From Marsupella aquatica (lineage: Eukaryota; Plantae; Marchantiophyta), in NCBI GenBank assembly GCA_973895155.1, contig OZ316892.1:20957619-21021618 (forward strand): 64,000 nt of DNA, read 5' to 3'. Made by a program: the position numbers and the translations under genes. The notes under the pieces are model-generated. The model worked only from the letters and a program-made list of their open reading frames with translations. It did not search any database and was not told the origin of the DNA. Below are positions 36,755 through 48,343 of the stretch, one piece after another; the first letter of the stretch is position 1, and each line of letters starts with the position of its first letter.

Positions 36755-39178
36755 ATGTCTAATTCAGTTGTGCTTCTGCATTCTGGAACTGGAGAGATTA
36801 TACGCATTCCTTTAGGTTCTTCCGATACGTACAAACAGGTTAGTGAGAACTATCTTTGTGGAAGATTTGACATTGGCATCAATGACATTCTTTCCATCAA
36901 ACCTGTTGATGCTTCTGGAGATGAGGCTGGTGACGCATTGTTTGATATCGACGATGGAGTCAGATTTTGGCAACTGAACGCTGGGAAGAGATACTATATC
37001 AATCTTCGAGATAATTCTGTTACGAATGAAATTACTCCAGTTCCAGTCATTCACCTTTCCGATAGTGATGAGGAGGATGTTGCCGTTCATTCTCAAAAAT
37101 TGCCCAATCCGGGAACTTCGGTCAAGATGGAAGGTCAGTTTCCTTCCGAGACACACGTTGCGGGGGGTGTGCGCAGACACACATTGCGGGGGGTGTTGCG
37201 GGAGGTATTGTCTACCGTCGAAGTGCGATGGATGCTATTCTCAAATCAACTGGCCACAGTGAACTGTCGCGATTCATCCGAACATGTGATTTCAGGCATG
37301 AGCAGGTGAATTGCCTCCCAAGAAAATACAATGGAAACATTGTATTTGAATTGCCTCCCGCAGAAGGTCTTCTTTCAAAAGGTTCAAGACTCCGTGACAT
37401 GGATCGGCCGAAAGACTGCTACTTCTGGACTCAAATATTTCCAACCTCTACGAATGTACAACCGAAAAAGTTCTGGGAATTTGGTAAAGTGACGTGTACA
37501 GGAGCACTAGAATGTCAAAATCAGAAGTGTGATTATCTTTTGCGGAAGAAACAAAGAAATTGTAAAGCTTGGGATGGGACACCCAAACTTGCGGGGCCAC
37601 ATACCATAGGAAAGATGATTGACGAGGGTGGTGTAGTTTGTCACTATTGCCAACAATTACCCTTTTGTACTGAAGCATGTCCTGCAATGCTTTTTTATAT
37701 GTACCCTCAACTACTTCTAGATGAGGATACTTGTAAGCATATGTCCCGTCTTGCTGTGCATGTCGGAACTCATGCTCATCCCAGTCGAAAAGTTTTTTCT
37801 CGTGGTGCTGAAAAGATTGCTCACAACTTCATAAAGAAACAACATGAAGCTACGCCGTGTGCCACACCATCGGGTCTGAAGAACGCTATAACTGGATCTT
37901 TAAGGAAGGCTCTTTGTGTGTCCAACAATGACATTGGTGAATTGGAGGAAAGAGAAATTTGGGAGTCATTAATGGTAGTTTCGACCCCTCAAAAGTTCGC
38001 ATCTCTTTTTTGAAGCTTTCGGCAAGACCAAAAAGGCAAAGGTGAGTTGGAGTTTCTTGTTGAAATGCAGAAATGCATAATCTTTCCCTTTCTACAACGT
38101 TACATGCTCCCAGGTCAAGGCTGTAAAGAGGATAGGCCATATATTTTCAAAATGACTGTAAAAGGGCACGGATCTGGAGTTGATTTGTTGCGCCAAATGC
38201 AGCCTGGAGGTCCATTGGAAGGGGCATGGGTCAGTTTTGATGTGATGAGGAGGATGACAAAAGATTGGATAACTTTTAGCGCACATGTTTATGATCACAA
38301 TTATCGTGCTCTTTGCACAATTTTCACATGTGAGTTGAAAGCAAAAGATTCAGAGTCTTTAGAGAAAGCCTAGAAATTGATGATTGAGGTTTGCCATGAA
38401 AATGGGTTGGATAATGTTGTGATCCATGGATTCATGGCTGACAATGCCCAAGCTGGATGGAATGTTGTTCGGAATGTGTTTTTCGGAGGACATCCTAACC
38501 CAGAAAAGGAGCGATCGGATGCATTTCACTTCTATCAATCGTTTCATCGTCACTCAATTGAAGGTGTATTGGAAGAAAAATGAGATGAGCATCGGAAGAT
38601 GTGGGACTCTTTAAGGAACGCGTCCACATTTCTTGGAGCGTACAGAATTTCAAGGGATATCGATGTATGGTGGAGATCTAGGAATTGTGTTCCAGGGAAG
38701 CTTCGAATGCTCCAAGGTTGGTTGGCGTGGTGGGTGGTCCGATGGCGTCAATGGGGAAATTTCATTCGTTTGGTGAGTTTCAACATCCAGTAACCACTCG
38801 AACTCATGCTAGCGCTTGGCGCTACCATTATTTTCAGTTAGTGTGGTCTCGTAGGTTTTGTTCATCATTATCTGGTTTTTGATACTAGCGCCCGGCGCTA
38901 GTATTAATGGACCACTTGTTTCTTAAATTTACAAAAATTTAGTTTGAATGTTGCTAGCGCCAGGTGTTGTCATTGATTTTATGTACATGTGGCTAATGCA
39001 TATTTCCTAAACTCTGCTCCTATGGTGGATGCAGAACAAAAGCGTGGAGGAAAGCGCTATGATTCCTAACTGTACTACTTCAGAGGCGGCGCATTCCATA
39101 ATGAAGGCTTGGCAAACTAAGAAAAAGGCTGGCCTATTCGAAGCATGTGAGATGGATATAAGTTTGCCTTATATATAA
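36755..39178 (+). pseudogene. Divergent Mutator-like DDE transposase with Cys/His-rich (GCM/WRKY-like) N-terminal domain; decayed and 3'-truncated
   Basis: CTGALECQNQKC...CHYC..C...C...HVGTHAHP, then WVSFDVMRR (D1), GFMADNAQAGWN (D2), DAFHF (CxxH position) and, after intron 38773-39034, PNCTTSEAAHS (E). One frameshift (~37180) and three in-frame stops (38011, 38371, 38581). Confidence 0.75.
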
Positions 39179-39179
39179 A

Positions 39180-40210
39180 AAGGGGAGTCTGTTGCTTACC
39201 TAGGGCCCGGATATGCAGGTGACCTGGGATTTTCTATTGTAGTCTACATTTTTATGTGGATGACAAGTTTGACTACAATAAAAAATAGGTTTCTCCTTCA
39301 TAAATAAAAAAATAGGATTTCACTTCATAAACATGTTGAGTTGTGTACACCCGGGTACGCAACTCTTGTATAATAAGCAGGGGTCTACATTTTTATATGG
39401 ATTAAAACTTGGTTATAAGAAACCTTAATATTTGAAAAAACTTGGGTTTTCTACTTTAAAAAACTTTGAAGTAATAGAAATGGTTTGGTTTTCATATATT
39501 TCCACATAAATTAAAAAAAATTCTTAAACATGTTGTAATTTCATTAAAAGATTTTTAGAGTTTTAATAAAAATTCCAAAATTTTTGGCTATTTTGGCCAT
39601 AATCCCCTATATTAAATATATATATGTAATTTGGGTTTGATCACAATTTTTCGTATCAAAACATGTTCAGGTTTTTTAAGCTAATCTTTGGATTCCCTGA
39701 GTTGAGAACCATAGAAGATTTTAGTAGACTAAAATAAATTTCACATGGTCAATTATATAAAGTCATTATAAGGAATTATTAACTTGTCTTATAAAAAGGG
39801 GAGTTGCATACCCGGGCGTGTACAAACTCTGGTTTTCTTCTTTTTCTAGAGGAGATAAAGAATAATTCTTAGACTTGCTGCATTTTTTCTTAAATGTTCT
39901 TAGAATTTTAATAATAACGTTGGCTAGTTTGTTTGTAGCCCAAATGTAGACCCATGTAATTAAAAAGCCATAATTATATAATTTGGTTTTCATCAAAATT
40001 GCTCACATCAATCATGTTCGTGAAAACAGCTCATTTTAAAGTTACATATTTGGATTCATTGAGTTGAGAGGTACAAGACTTGACTAGCAATGAAACTTAA
40101 CCTACTTTGACAATTGGATATAAGGCCATTATAAGAAATTATAAACTTGCATGCCTTATAAAACGGTCAGGGAGTAGCTGTATATCTGGGACCTTGCCTG
40201 GGACAAGAGA
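39180..40210. mobile_element. AT-rich non-autonomous element(s) with internal inverted repeats, truncating the transposase
   Basis: tgtgtacacccgggtacgcaactc (~39343) is inverted relative to gagttgcatacccgggcgtgtaca (~39801). Related sequence recurs at ~41040-41400 and ~41900. Confidence 0.55.
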
Positions 40211-40221
40211 TTGATGTTGAT

Positions 40222-40508
40222 CTCGGGGGTCTCACTATATAGGAGACCTCCCCATCATTTGTGATGTTTTTAGCCTTGGACCCCCTAAAATGTAAGAAAA
40301 ATAAATTTTGTAACCCCTATAAAGTTGCAATATTCCAAAATTTTGATTAAAAAGACCCTAGGTAATGTTCTTATAAGTCTCAAAATTGGATTTAAATGAC
40401 CATATTGTTCTTCTACAAAAATTCTTAAGTCTTCCCTTTAAACCAATAAAACAACCCTATACTTCGTCGCACATGATGTGCCATTTTTGTAGAAGTGAAA
40501 CCCCCGAG
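40222..40508 (+). mobile_element. MITE, CTCGGGGGT-TIR family, 8-bp TSD
   Basis: TIR ctcgggggtctcact / agtgaaacccccgag; flanks atgttgat / atgttaat. Confidence 0.88.
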
Positions 40509-41410
40509 ATGTTAATATATAATCATAACTGAGCAAGAGCCAGCTAGCGATAATAAACAGTCAAACCTTCAAACAAAATTGCAAAGTTGTGAAACCAACA
40601 GGTGTTGTGAATTAATTGGGAGCGTAATTTTTTAATTAAAGGGCAGTTATAGGAAAAATAATGCAATCTATGCATCTTCCCTTTAAAGACAGTTATATGC
40701 AAATCTATGCATTGTCCTAATTATAAAAGTTATATATCAAATCAATATGGCAAGACATGACTGATGCCGGCCTCCATACATAGTCTGGGATGGGAAGCAC
40801 ATGAAGAATTTTATGTGAGATTATCTGATGATGGAATCTCCATTTAATATATGTTCTGGAGCTTGTGAATATAATTCATTTAGGGGTTTGGTCACTGTGG
40901 ATTGTTCTGTTTGATGTCCCCTGTGAATATATTGGTTGTTGCCCGACTGGCCAACATGGGCCCAGGTACACATTCCCCCTTTTTTCAAGCATCTTTTAAA
41001 TTCATATATGGCGTTATCTTCAATTGACCATGACTTGTTAGGTTTTATTTTGTCCTACTAAACTCTTATAGGGTCTCTCAACTCAGGGAATCCAAAAATG
41101 TAACTTGAAGAAAAACCTGAACATGTCATGTTTTGATGTGGAAAAACTTGATCAAAACCAAATTATTTATATGACAGTTTTTTTAATAGAGGGGTCTACA
41201 ACCAATCTAGCCAGCATTTTGAGATTTTTATTAGAATTCTAAATATCTTTCAATTAAAATTATAACTAGTTCAAGAATATTTTCTAATTAATTTTATGTG
41301 GGAAAAGAAGAAAATAAAACCTTTCACATGACTCAAAACATTTTAAAATTGAAAAACCCAGGAATTCTGAATTTTGAACATTTCTTATAGCCTACTTTGT
41401 GGTGTACATA

Positions 41411-41843
41411 CTTGGGGGTTTCACTATATGGATGCATCCCGCATCACCTGCGATGTTTGTAGGCCTCAGACACCTAAAATGTAAGAAAAAAAATATTTTT
41501 CAACCCCTATAAAGTTGGAAAATTCTTGGAAAATTCCAAAATTTTGGCTAGAAAGAATTTAATGTTCTAATAAGTCTCAAAATTAGATTTAAAAAGACCC
41601 TATTGCATGTTCTTCCAAAAAAATTCCTAAGTATTCCCTTTGAAACAATAAAATGACCCTATCTTTCGTTGCATGTGATGTGGCATTTTTGTGGAAGCTC
41701 GGGGTTCCACAACTTATAAGAACATTCCAAGAATATTCCAACATTATAGGGGTTAAAAAATTTAAAAAAACTTACATAACGTTACAAGTGATGGGGAGGT
41801 CCCCATATAGTGAGACCCCGAGTGTAGAAGTGAAACCCCCAAA
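41411..41843 (+). mobile_element. MITE of the same family with a 125-bp deleted copy nested in inverted orientation at 41698-41822
   Basis: Outer TSD tgtacata / ggtacata; inner TSD tgtggaag / tgtagaag; inner TIR ctcgggg...ccccgag. Confidence 0.82.
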
Positions 41844-43257
41844 GGTACATATAGAATTTTGAACATAATATATAGCTAACTTTTTGGACCTCTGTCTATT
41901 GTACAACATCGAGTTGCATACCCTGGGGGCTAGATTAGGATTTTGTTGGGGCCTGATAGTGGGGTGTAGTCTTGGAGTAGCCCCGGGAGGAGCTGGTTTT
42001 TTCATCTGCTGCCTTGTGATAAGAGTGTTGGGCTCAGATCTCTTTTTGCGCCCTTTTGGGGCTGCTTGTTTCCCACTTTCCATGGGGTTGTCAAGGTCAA
42101 CTCATATAAAAGAAAAGTCATTCCCAGGAATTGTTTTAGAGGTCTATATATATGCTTGGTTTAGTACTGGATAGCATCACCTGGCATGTATGTTGAGCTG
42201 CACATGAAGATCAGGGTGGTGTAACCACCTGATTCAGCTCTTGAGTCCATCTGAGGACACTAAGATCATGAACTATTCATTGGCATGGGGTCTGTAGATT
42301 TCATGGGCCAATATTGAATTACTTGGGTCCTAGGCAGATGTTCTTTTTACTATCTTCTGTTTGGAGCAATAGAATAGGCACAGCGGTAAAAAGGCAAGGA
42401 TTATCTGCCACATGTTGCGGTAGTTCCTTGAGCATGGTAGAGGAAAGAAATGAATTTCCCTTAGTTTTCAACAATATTAATGCACCTCCAATTCTGCAAT
42501 TTGTACTTCAGAAGTTAGAAAAATCTTAACTACATATACTGCTCCACAAAAGTGCTAAACTAGGGACCCTGGTCCCTAGTCATGTGCAACGTTGCTAACA
42601 AAGCTTGTCCATCACTTGTCTGTTGCAACTAGCATTGGCTCAGGTCCCTAGTCATGGGAAAGTAATTAAGCTAGCTCGTCACTAGTCTTTTGCAAATCTC
42701 TCACTTCCTGATGAATTATCTAGGCGTGTACGTCATTGGTCACCCTAATCTCTGAACTCCACCTCCATACTACCCATTTGATCCCTGGCCAGGATGTATA
42801 TATATATAAGCCAATTCATTCTGGGTTTTGGGTCATTACTTCCAACAGCGCTTGAGTAGGAATCCCTTCTGGAGTCGACCTCTGCAATTAGGACCCGTTT
42901 GGATAAGTCTACAACCCCGCCTTATGTTGCTCGAGCCTTGGGCTAGCAGTCTCATCGTGCATACTTGTTTTGGGAGATTAATGCGTGTAGGAAAGGAAGC
43001 TCATAATTTTCCCTGTGCATATCAGTACTTCATTTGTAGTGCCGAGGTCAAGATATTTTGGGACTACTGAATACTATCCGGCCCTCGTCTTCAGTACGTA
43101 GGAGACGTTTCTGAAGACATGCCTGTCTCTTCGGGTCGGAACTAAAGCGGACTTCTCGATCAGTTTTATTCAAGCATTTTGCACTCAAGGTGGATCATTT
43201 TAAGAAAATATCAATTTGTTTTCGATCTGCTACTAAATCTTCAGGCCAGGATCGACA

Positions 43258-44295
43258 ATGGACCGTTATAGGCTGGTAAAGAAGCTGGGAGACGGCACGT
43301 ATGGCAATGTTTGGGAGGCTGTACATAGACAGACTAAAGAAGTTGTAGCTATTAAGCAGCTGAGGAGAAAGTACTTCTCGTGGGACGAATGTCTGAACCT
43401 GCGTGAAGTGAAGGTGCTCAGCAAGCTGAATCACCCAAACATTGTGAAGCTGAACGAGGTCACACTAGAGAACCATCTGCTCTACTTTGTATTTGAGTAC
43501 ATGGAAGACACTCTCTACCAAATCATGGTCGACAAGAATCGATCGCTTTCAGAAGAGAATATACGGAACTTTTGCTACCAGGTTCTGCAAGCTCTGGCTT
43601 ACATGCACCAGTCTGGGTACTTTCATAGGGACTTGAAACCAGAGAACTTGTTGGTGACAAAGGAGGTCATCAAAGTTGCAGATTTTGGTCTTGCAAGAGA
43701 ATTACAGTCTGGTCCGCCGTATACAAGTTATATAGGAACAAGAGGTTATCGTGCACCAGAACTGTTGCTGCAATCATCTTCCTATAACTCTGCAGTCGAT
43801 ATGTGGTCCGTGGGAGCAATCATGGCGGAACTACTCACCGGCAAACAGTTATTTCTTGGCTCAACTGACATGGATCAACTCTACACGATCTGTTCAGTTA
43901 TTGGCAGCCCAACCAGTAGCAACTGGTGGCATGGTCTGAGGCTTGCTGCATGTACAAATGTCAGCTTTCCTCCGTTGCGTGCCAGACATCTTTCGGTGTT
44001 AATACCTAGAGCAAGTCCAGAAGCTATCGAATTGATATCTGCCTTGTGTGTGTGGGATCCTAATAAGAGGCTTACAGCAGTGCAGGCTCTAGCGCATCCA
44101 TTTTTCCAGGCTGGAATTCCGTCCTCTATCTCACTACAGGTAGGATCTGTACAGCAGAACACTTCCGCACGTCCACACTTCCAGAAACGGATGCATGAGC
44201 AGAAGAAAGGAGATGACACATGCATTTCGATCCACAGTCTGCTCCCTACTTTAGAAGAGTGGAATATACACATGTATGGGCCAGCTCGGTCATAG
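43258..44295 (+). CDS. MAK/MHK (CDKF;4-like, RCK family) Ser/Thr kinase, intronless
   Basis: MDRYRLVKKLGDGTYG, VAIK, WDECLNLREVK, YFHRDLKPENLL, DFGLARE, PPYTSYIGTRGYRAPE; 345-aa single ORF; TATA-like tatatataag at ~42800. Confidence 0.92.
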   Translation: MDRYRLVKKLGDGTYGNVWEAVHRQTKEVVAIKQLRRKYFSWDECLNLREVKVLSKLNHPNIVKLNEVTLENHLLYFVFEYMEDTLYQIMVDKNRSLSEENIRNFCYQVLQALAYMHQSGYFHRDLKPENLLVTKEVIKVADFGLARELQSGPPYTSYIGTRGYRAPELLLQSSSYNSAVDMWSVGAIMAELLTGKQLFLGSTDMDQLYTICSVIGSPTSSNWWHGLRLAACTNVSFPPLRARHLSVLIPRASPEAIELISALCVWDPNKRLTAVQALAHPFFQAGIPSSISLQVGSVQQNTSARPHFQKRMHEQKKGDDTCISIHSLLPTLEEWNIHMYGPARS

Positions 44296-46386
44296 GGAGT
44301 GTAGTTGTTCGAGTTGCTAGTCTACCTTGGCCACCATACGTGCCTACTTGAAGTTTTTTTCCATTGTGTTACGGACTTGGCCTTCTTAATAATTGGTTTC
44401 ACACATGGAATAAACACAATTTGAATCCAGTCAATAAGGCTGGTCAAAACAAAATCATTACTACATTCATTGTGTAATCATCTCCCAAAATATTCGTCGT
44501 CATCCCAATCCATTCTTACATCTTTCCAATCTTCCCTGGCTTATCTTCAAATGGCAGACAAACTCCAAACTTAGGGGTTATTTTTTCTTTGTCTGTGATC
44601 ATTTCAACCACGGAGGCCCATCTTGCTGTGCTGAAACCCACGAGTTCGAACTGCATACAGGCGCACTTTGAACTTGGGTTAATGCATGGCGTCCTAAAAT
44701 AAGGTGTTTAGTGGGGATTTGCCAAACTATTTGCCAGAGGGTATTTCCCGGGTATTCAAAGTAGGCAATCAATTTTCACTATGGAGGCTGGTGGCTACCA
44801 AACCATCATAGATGCTCTTACGTACATTATCAGAAAAAGTAGTTGCCTTGCCATGAACTAAAATCACACGACCACCATAAGCAATCCTCCCATTTGCACC
44901 TTGGTCTGTTTACAAATTGGAAAAGGTGTTGATTGTGACAGATTAGGGGATTGAGACACCAAGGACTTCTTCTTCTTCTTCTTTTTCTACTTTATCTCTG
45001 TATAGTATGTTGTGAAGCAAGACATAATGAGTAGTGTTGTTTTGGGGCACCCTTTTGGACTGAGGGTCTTTTTTCCATGTGGAAAAGGTGAATCTGGCTA
45101 ACGTTTTCCTCCCATTACACCGGCCTCGACTAAGGTACTAACCATGTGTTCAGTTCTGGAAATGTATTCTATCATATATCCGTTTCTGACACTAGCACGT
45201 CTATGTATAATGAATCTCACAAGCAGAACAAATAGTTCCGATGGGCTGTCCCCGACCAACAACCTGGATCGACCTTCTTTTTGACAATTGACCAACGCAA
45301 CCTGAGAACTGAAGTCGTCTCGGGGGGTTAGATCACCCCCCGATAGATTGTCTATAATTAATATTATATCACATGGTCCACCACTCTGGCAAGGATGTAC
45401 GGACAATCTTCACCGTGAATGTATATCTGCATTTGCATCCCTGATGTAACTCTTCCACTAACAGAAAAGGAGTGGACGTACCTCATCCAAAAGACGCTGT
45501 ACTAACTTCTCTAAAAGAATAGGCTACAAGTTCTTCATTAGGATTCAAAACAACAAGCAAGAGCCTATGTGACAGTAGGTGAAACAGGAACCGACGGCGT
45601 AGCAACTGAGCAAACAATACAGTCAGAGGCCACGTAGCCGCATAGTAGGGAGACCACCCAGGGCTTTCCCATAGCCGCTCCCACACACAGCTAGATTCAA
45701 TTAACTTCGAACGCAGCTACTCACTAGTTAGTTTTCGTTCATTAATTCTCTCATCAGACAATACTCTCTCGACTTGTGTATCCGGGCTTTTCATGTCTTT
45801 AAGCATTCATTCATTGATGCGATAAACATAAACGTACAAGTGTGCTGTTCAAAAGATCAATCGCTACTAGCTCTCTTTTTCGCTTGTTCTTTTCACAAAG
45901 AAAAGCCCGGAGCGAGACCGGAGGTCCGGATTGCCAATTATGATATTTTAACGGACGGAACTGGCAACCAGGACCTTCTTTGTGATCGACAGGTGAGGAA
46001 CAGATCTAGCTGATAATTGATGTCAACTTAATGATCACAACACGCGAATTTACTTTGTACCTTTCAGCCAGATACAACCACTCAGTACTACTTTTTCAAT
46101 ACCCTCTGACCAAGAAACTGAGAAAATTAAGAAGTATGTGGGTCGAACTGTGTTTATTGATTTCATACACAGTTAGTTAGAGAAAGGCACCAAGCAAACG
46201 GGCTTTCTTTATCCAATCTAGTGTTGTAGTCTCAGCTTAATATGGTAAGCAAGAATCCCTTGCTTACCATATTGGATCGCTATGAAGGAACATTTACCAA
46301 AGCCTAATTAAACGATGGCCACCATTTGGGCCCGCATTTTGGCCCTGGATAACCTTGAGCTGAGCACGAGCTAGCTCGGCTCGGGA

Positions 46387-46862
46387 CTATTCTACAGTGG
46401 CAGCAATCAATTGGTCGATATCGGTGGTCGATACTCCGAATCCCTCGGCCAGCACACCGTCGTAGATGCCGGACTTGAAGAGAGCGTTGGGCAGCCGGAC
46501 AAGTCCTGGGCCGGAGCTGTTGAATCCTGATAAGGCCTTCACAGTTACCGATCCGTAGTTGATCTGGAAATGGACCAGACCCTTCGGAAAGACGAAAAGT
46601 TCACCCGGCCCCAAAGTCTGGGTGAAGAGTTTGTTGGCACTGGTGTCCACGAGCCCAACGTCCAGCCAGCCTTCGATGACATACAAAAGCTCGGTACCAC
46701 AAGGATGCGTGTGAGGAGGATTGATAGTGCCCGATGGGAATTGGAGGAGAGCACCTGAAGTTCCCTGGCCTTTGAGAGCTGGAAACTTTCCCTCGTTGAT
46801 GGCAGTCACGGTGGCGAACTTCCCCGCTTTGATTGATGCATTTCGCAACTCGTGTTGGTGAA
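46387..46862 (-). pseudogene. Germin-like protein, 5'-truncated paralogue
   Basis: Near-identical to the 48344-48970 gene, but homology stops at ~46862. Has a 1-bp deletion near 46851 and HTHPCG in place of HTHPRG; no signal peptide. Confidence 0.85.
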
Positions 46863-47430
46863 TATCATTCCAGGTTACAATGTGTATAATGGGAATGAAT
46901 TCTATATTGAACCAGAACAACAACCCGAACCAGTCACGTACTACTACCGTGCCTAATCACGTATTATACTGTGTGCCTAATCGTGTATAAGTCTTGTTGT
47001 GTTACACTCTTAACTGTTCCGAACATCGTGATGGACTACGTTCCCCAATGTACGTCCGCATACAGACGCAGATAACCATGTTATTTACTGTGTAGACCGT
47101 ACCAAACGTCGTAAGAAACATCACACTTAACCAACTGAACTACGTTGTACCCGTTAAACGTGGTGTCTTACATGGCAATGTACAACGTATCAAACTTGGT
47201 TAAACAATGTCTAACGTCATTTCTAGCCACGTCAATAGGCCATGTTATCAACAATGGCGCGTTGATGGTAACGTCGTCTAATACAACGTTAAGTGGAGAA
47301 CGTCGCAGTCGGCGACGTTAAATACGTTGTGTAAAGCTACGTTAAGAACCTCCGGGTGTACATCATTAGTAACGTCGCTACTTAAACGTCGTTGTGTGGG
47401 ACTTTTCCACACGGCGGCTGAACGTCGCAA
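46863..47430. mobile_element. Probable transposon remnant rich in AACGT/ACGTT motifs replacing the 5' end of the germin copy
   Basis: Abrupt junction with the germin ORF; many aacgt/acgtt motifs in both orientations, resembling a subterminal region. Confidence 0.4.
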
Positions 47431-48343
47431 TTAATGTTTGCTTGAATTACGGTTAATCTTGCAGATACTGTACTTGTGCTTGCATAAAAATGACATATAT
47501 AAAATTATGGACAGTCTCATAAGGGAGTACCCAATTCATTTTCTACCTTAATTATATAGAGTCAGCGCATGCAGCTCATCCTAGCCTGCTCCTGACCCCT
47601 GATGTTGTAGTCACGTCTTGCAGTGTACGTGCTTTGCTAGTTCAGTCCTTGACAAGTATCGTTGTCAGTACCGAGTGAAGTTGATTTCTTTCGAGCTTTC
47701 TTCGACTCAAAGTACTTCTATCTTCAATTTTATTGTGTAAGTGCATAGAGGTCATTGCCCCTGTCCCAATTTCTTCATTCCACTAGATCGGACCCGGCAG
47801 GTATTTATTAAGTGTTTTGGAATAATATCTTGATATAGCGCGCGCCTTTTCCAAGATTCATCCTACAATACGTCTTTAGGTTTCCGAGACTGCTTCCAAG
47901 AACCCACAAGAGAATGGTCGATTGAATGTCCATCCACAACAACCAACCCGGGCCTTCTTTCTGAAAGGTGGGAAACAGATCTGATAATTCATGTCAGCTT
48001 AATTAACAATCCCACTCCAACCTGAGTCCGTTTACCAACTTCGGACCAAAACTGGATGGGATAGAATCAATAACACATCCAATCTGACGAAACGAGCATC
48101 TCTGCAAAATAGTGTTTACTTATTTCGTATACTCATTAGAGAAAAGCACGAAACAAAAGTCTTTTCTCTATAATCCAATCGAATGTTCTAGCTGTCGGAC
48201 GAAACTAGGAATCGATCCCTAGCCTGCACTATTCGGTCGCTGTGATTAAGCAAATAATTATTCCAAAGCTGAAATGATGCCTCGCACTTGGCCATGGATT
48301 ATTAACCTTGCTCGACCTGAGCACGAGCTACCTAGGCTCGGGA

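Larger units (their letters stand above)
9186..38969. repeat. Dispersed 15-bp palindrome TAGCGCC-N-GGCGCTA (~17 copies)
   Basis: Copies (0-2 mismatches) start at 9186, 9378, 9658, 10677, 10801, 10979, 12513, 13628, 14529, 15929, 36226, 36299, 36444, 36507, 38810 and 38886, with degenerate ones at ~9027, ~9102 and 38955. None was seen inside 16346-35366 or beyond 39 kb. Confidence 0.9.
9027..39180. mobile_element. Large decayed Mutator-like element (palindrome-marked) with DDE transposase and ParB-MTase-like cargo; interrupted by the CACTA element; termini not identified
   Basis: The same 15-bp palindrome occurs on both sides of the CACTA insertion. The cargo ORF rejoins in frame across the CACTA. 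The transposase and cargo gene are divergently arranged around 35.9-36.7 kb. Confidence 0.65.

Noticed and set aside
46863-46923. N-terminus MLFWFNIEF... of the 178-aa germin ORF
   Set aside because: Derived from unrelated inserted sequence, not from the germin paralogue.
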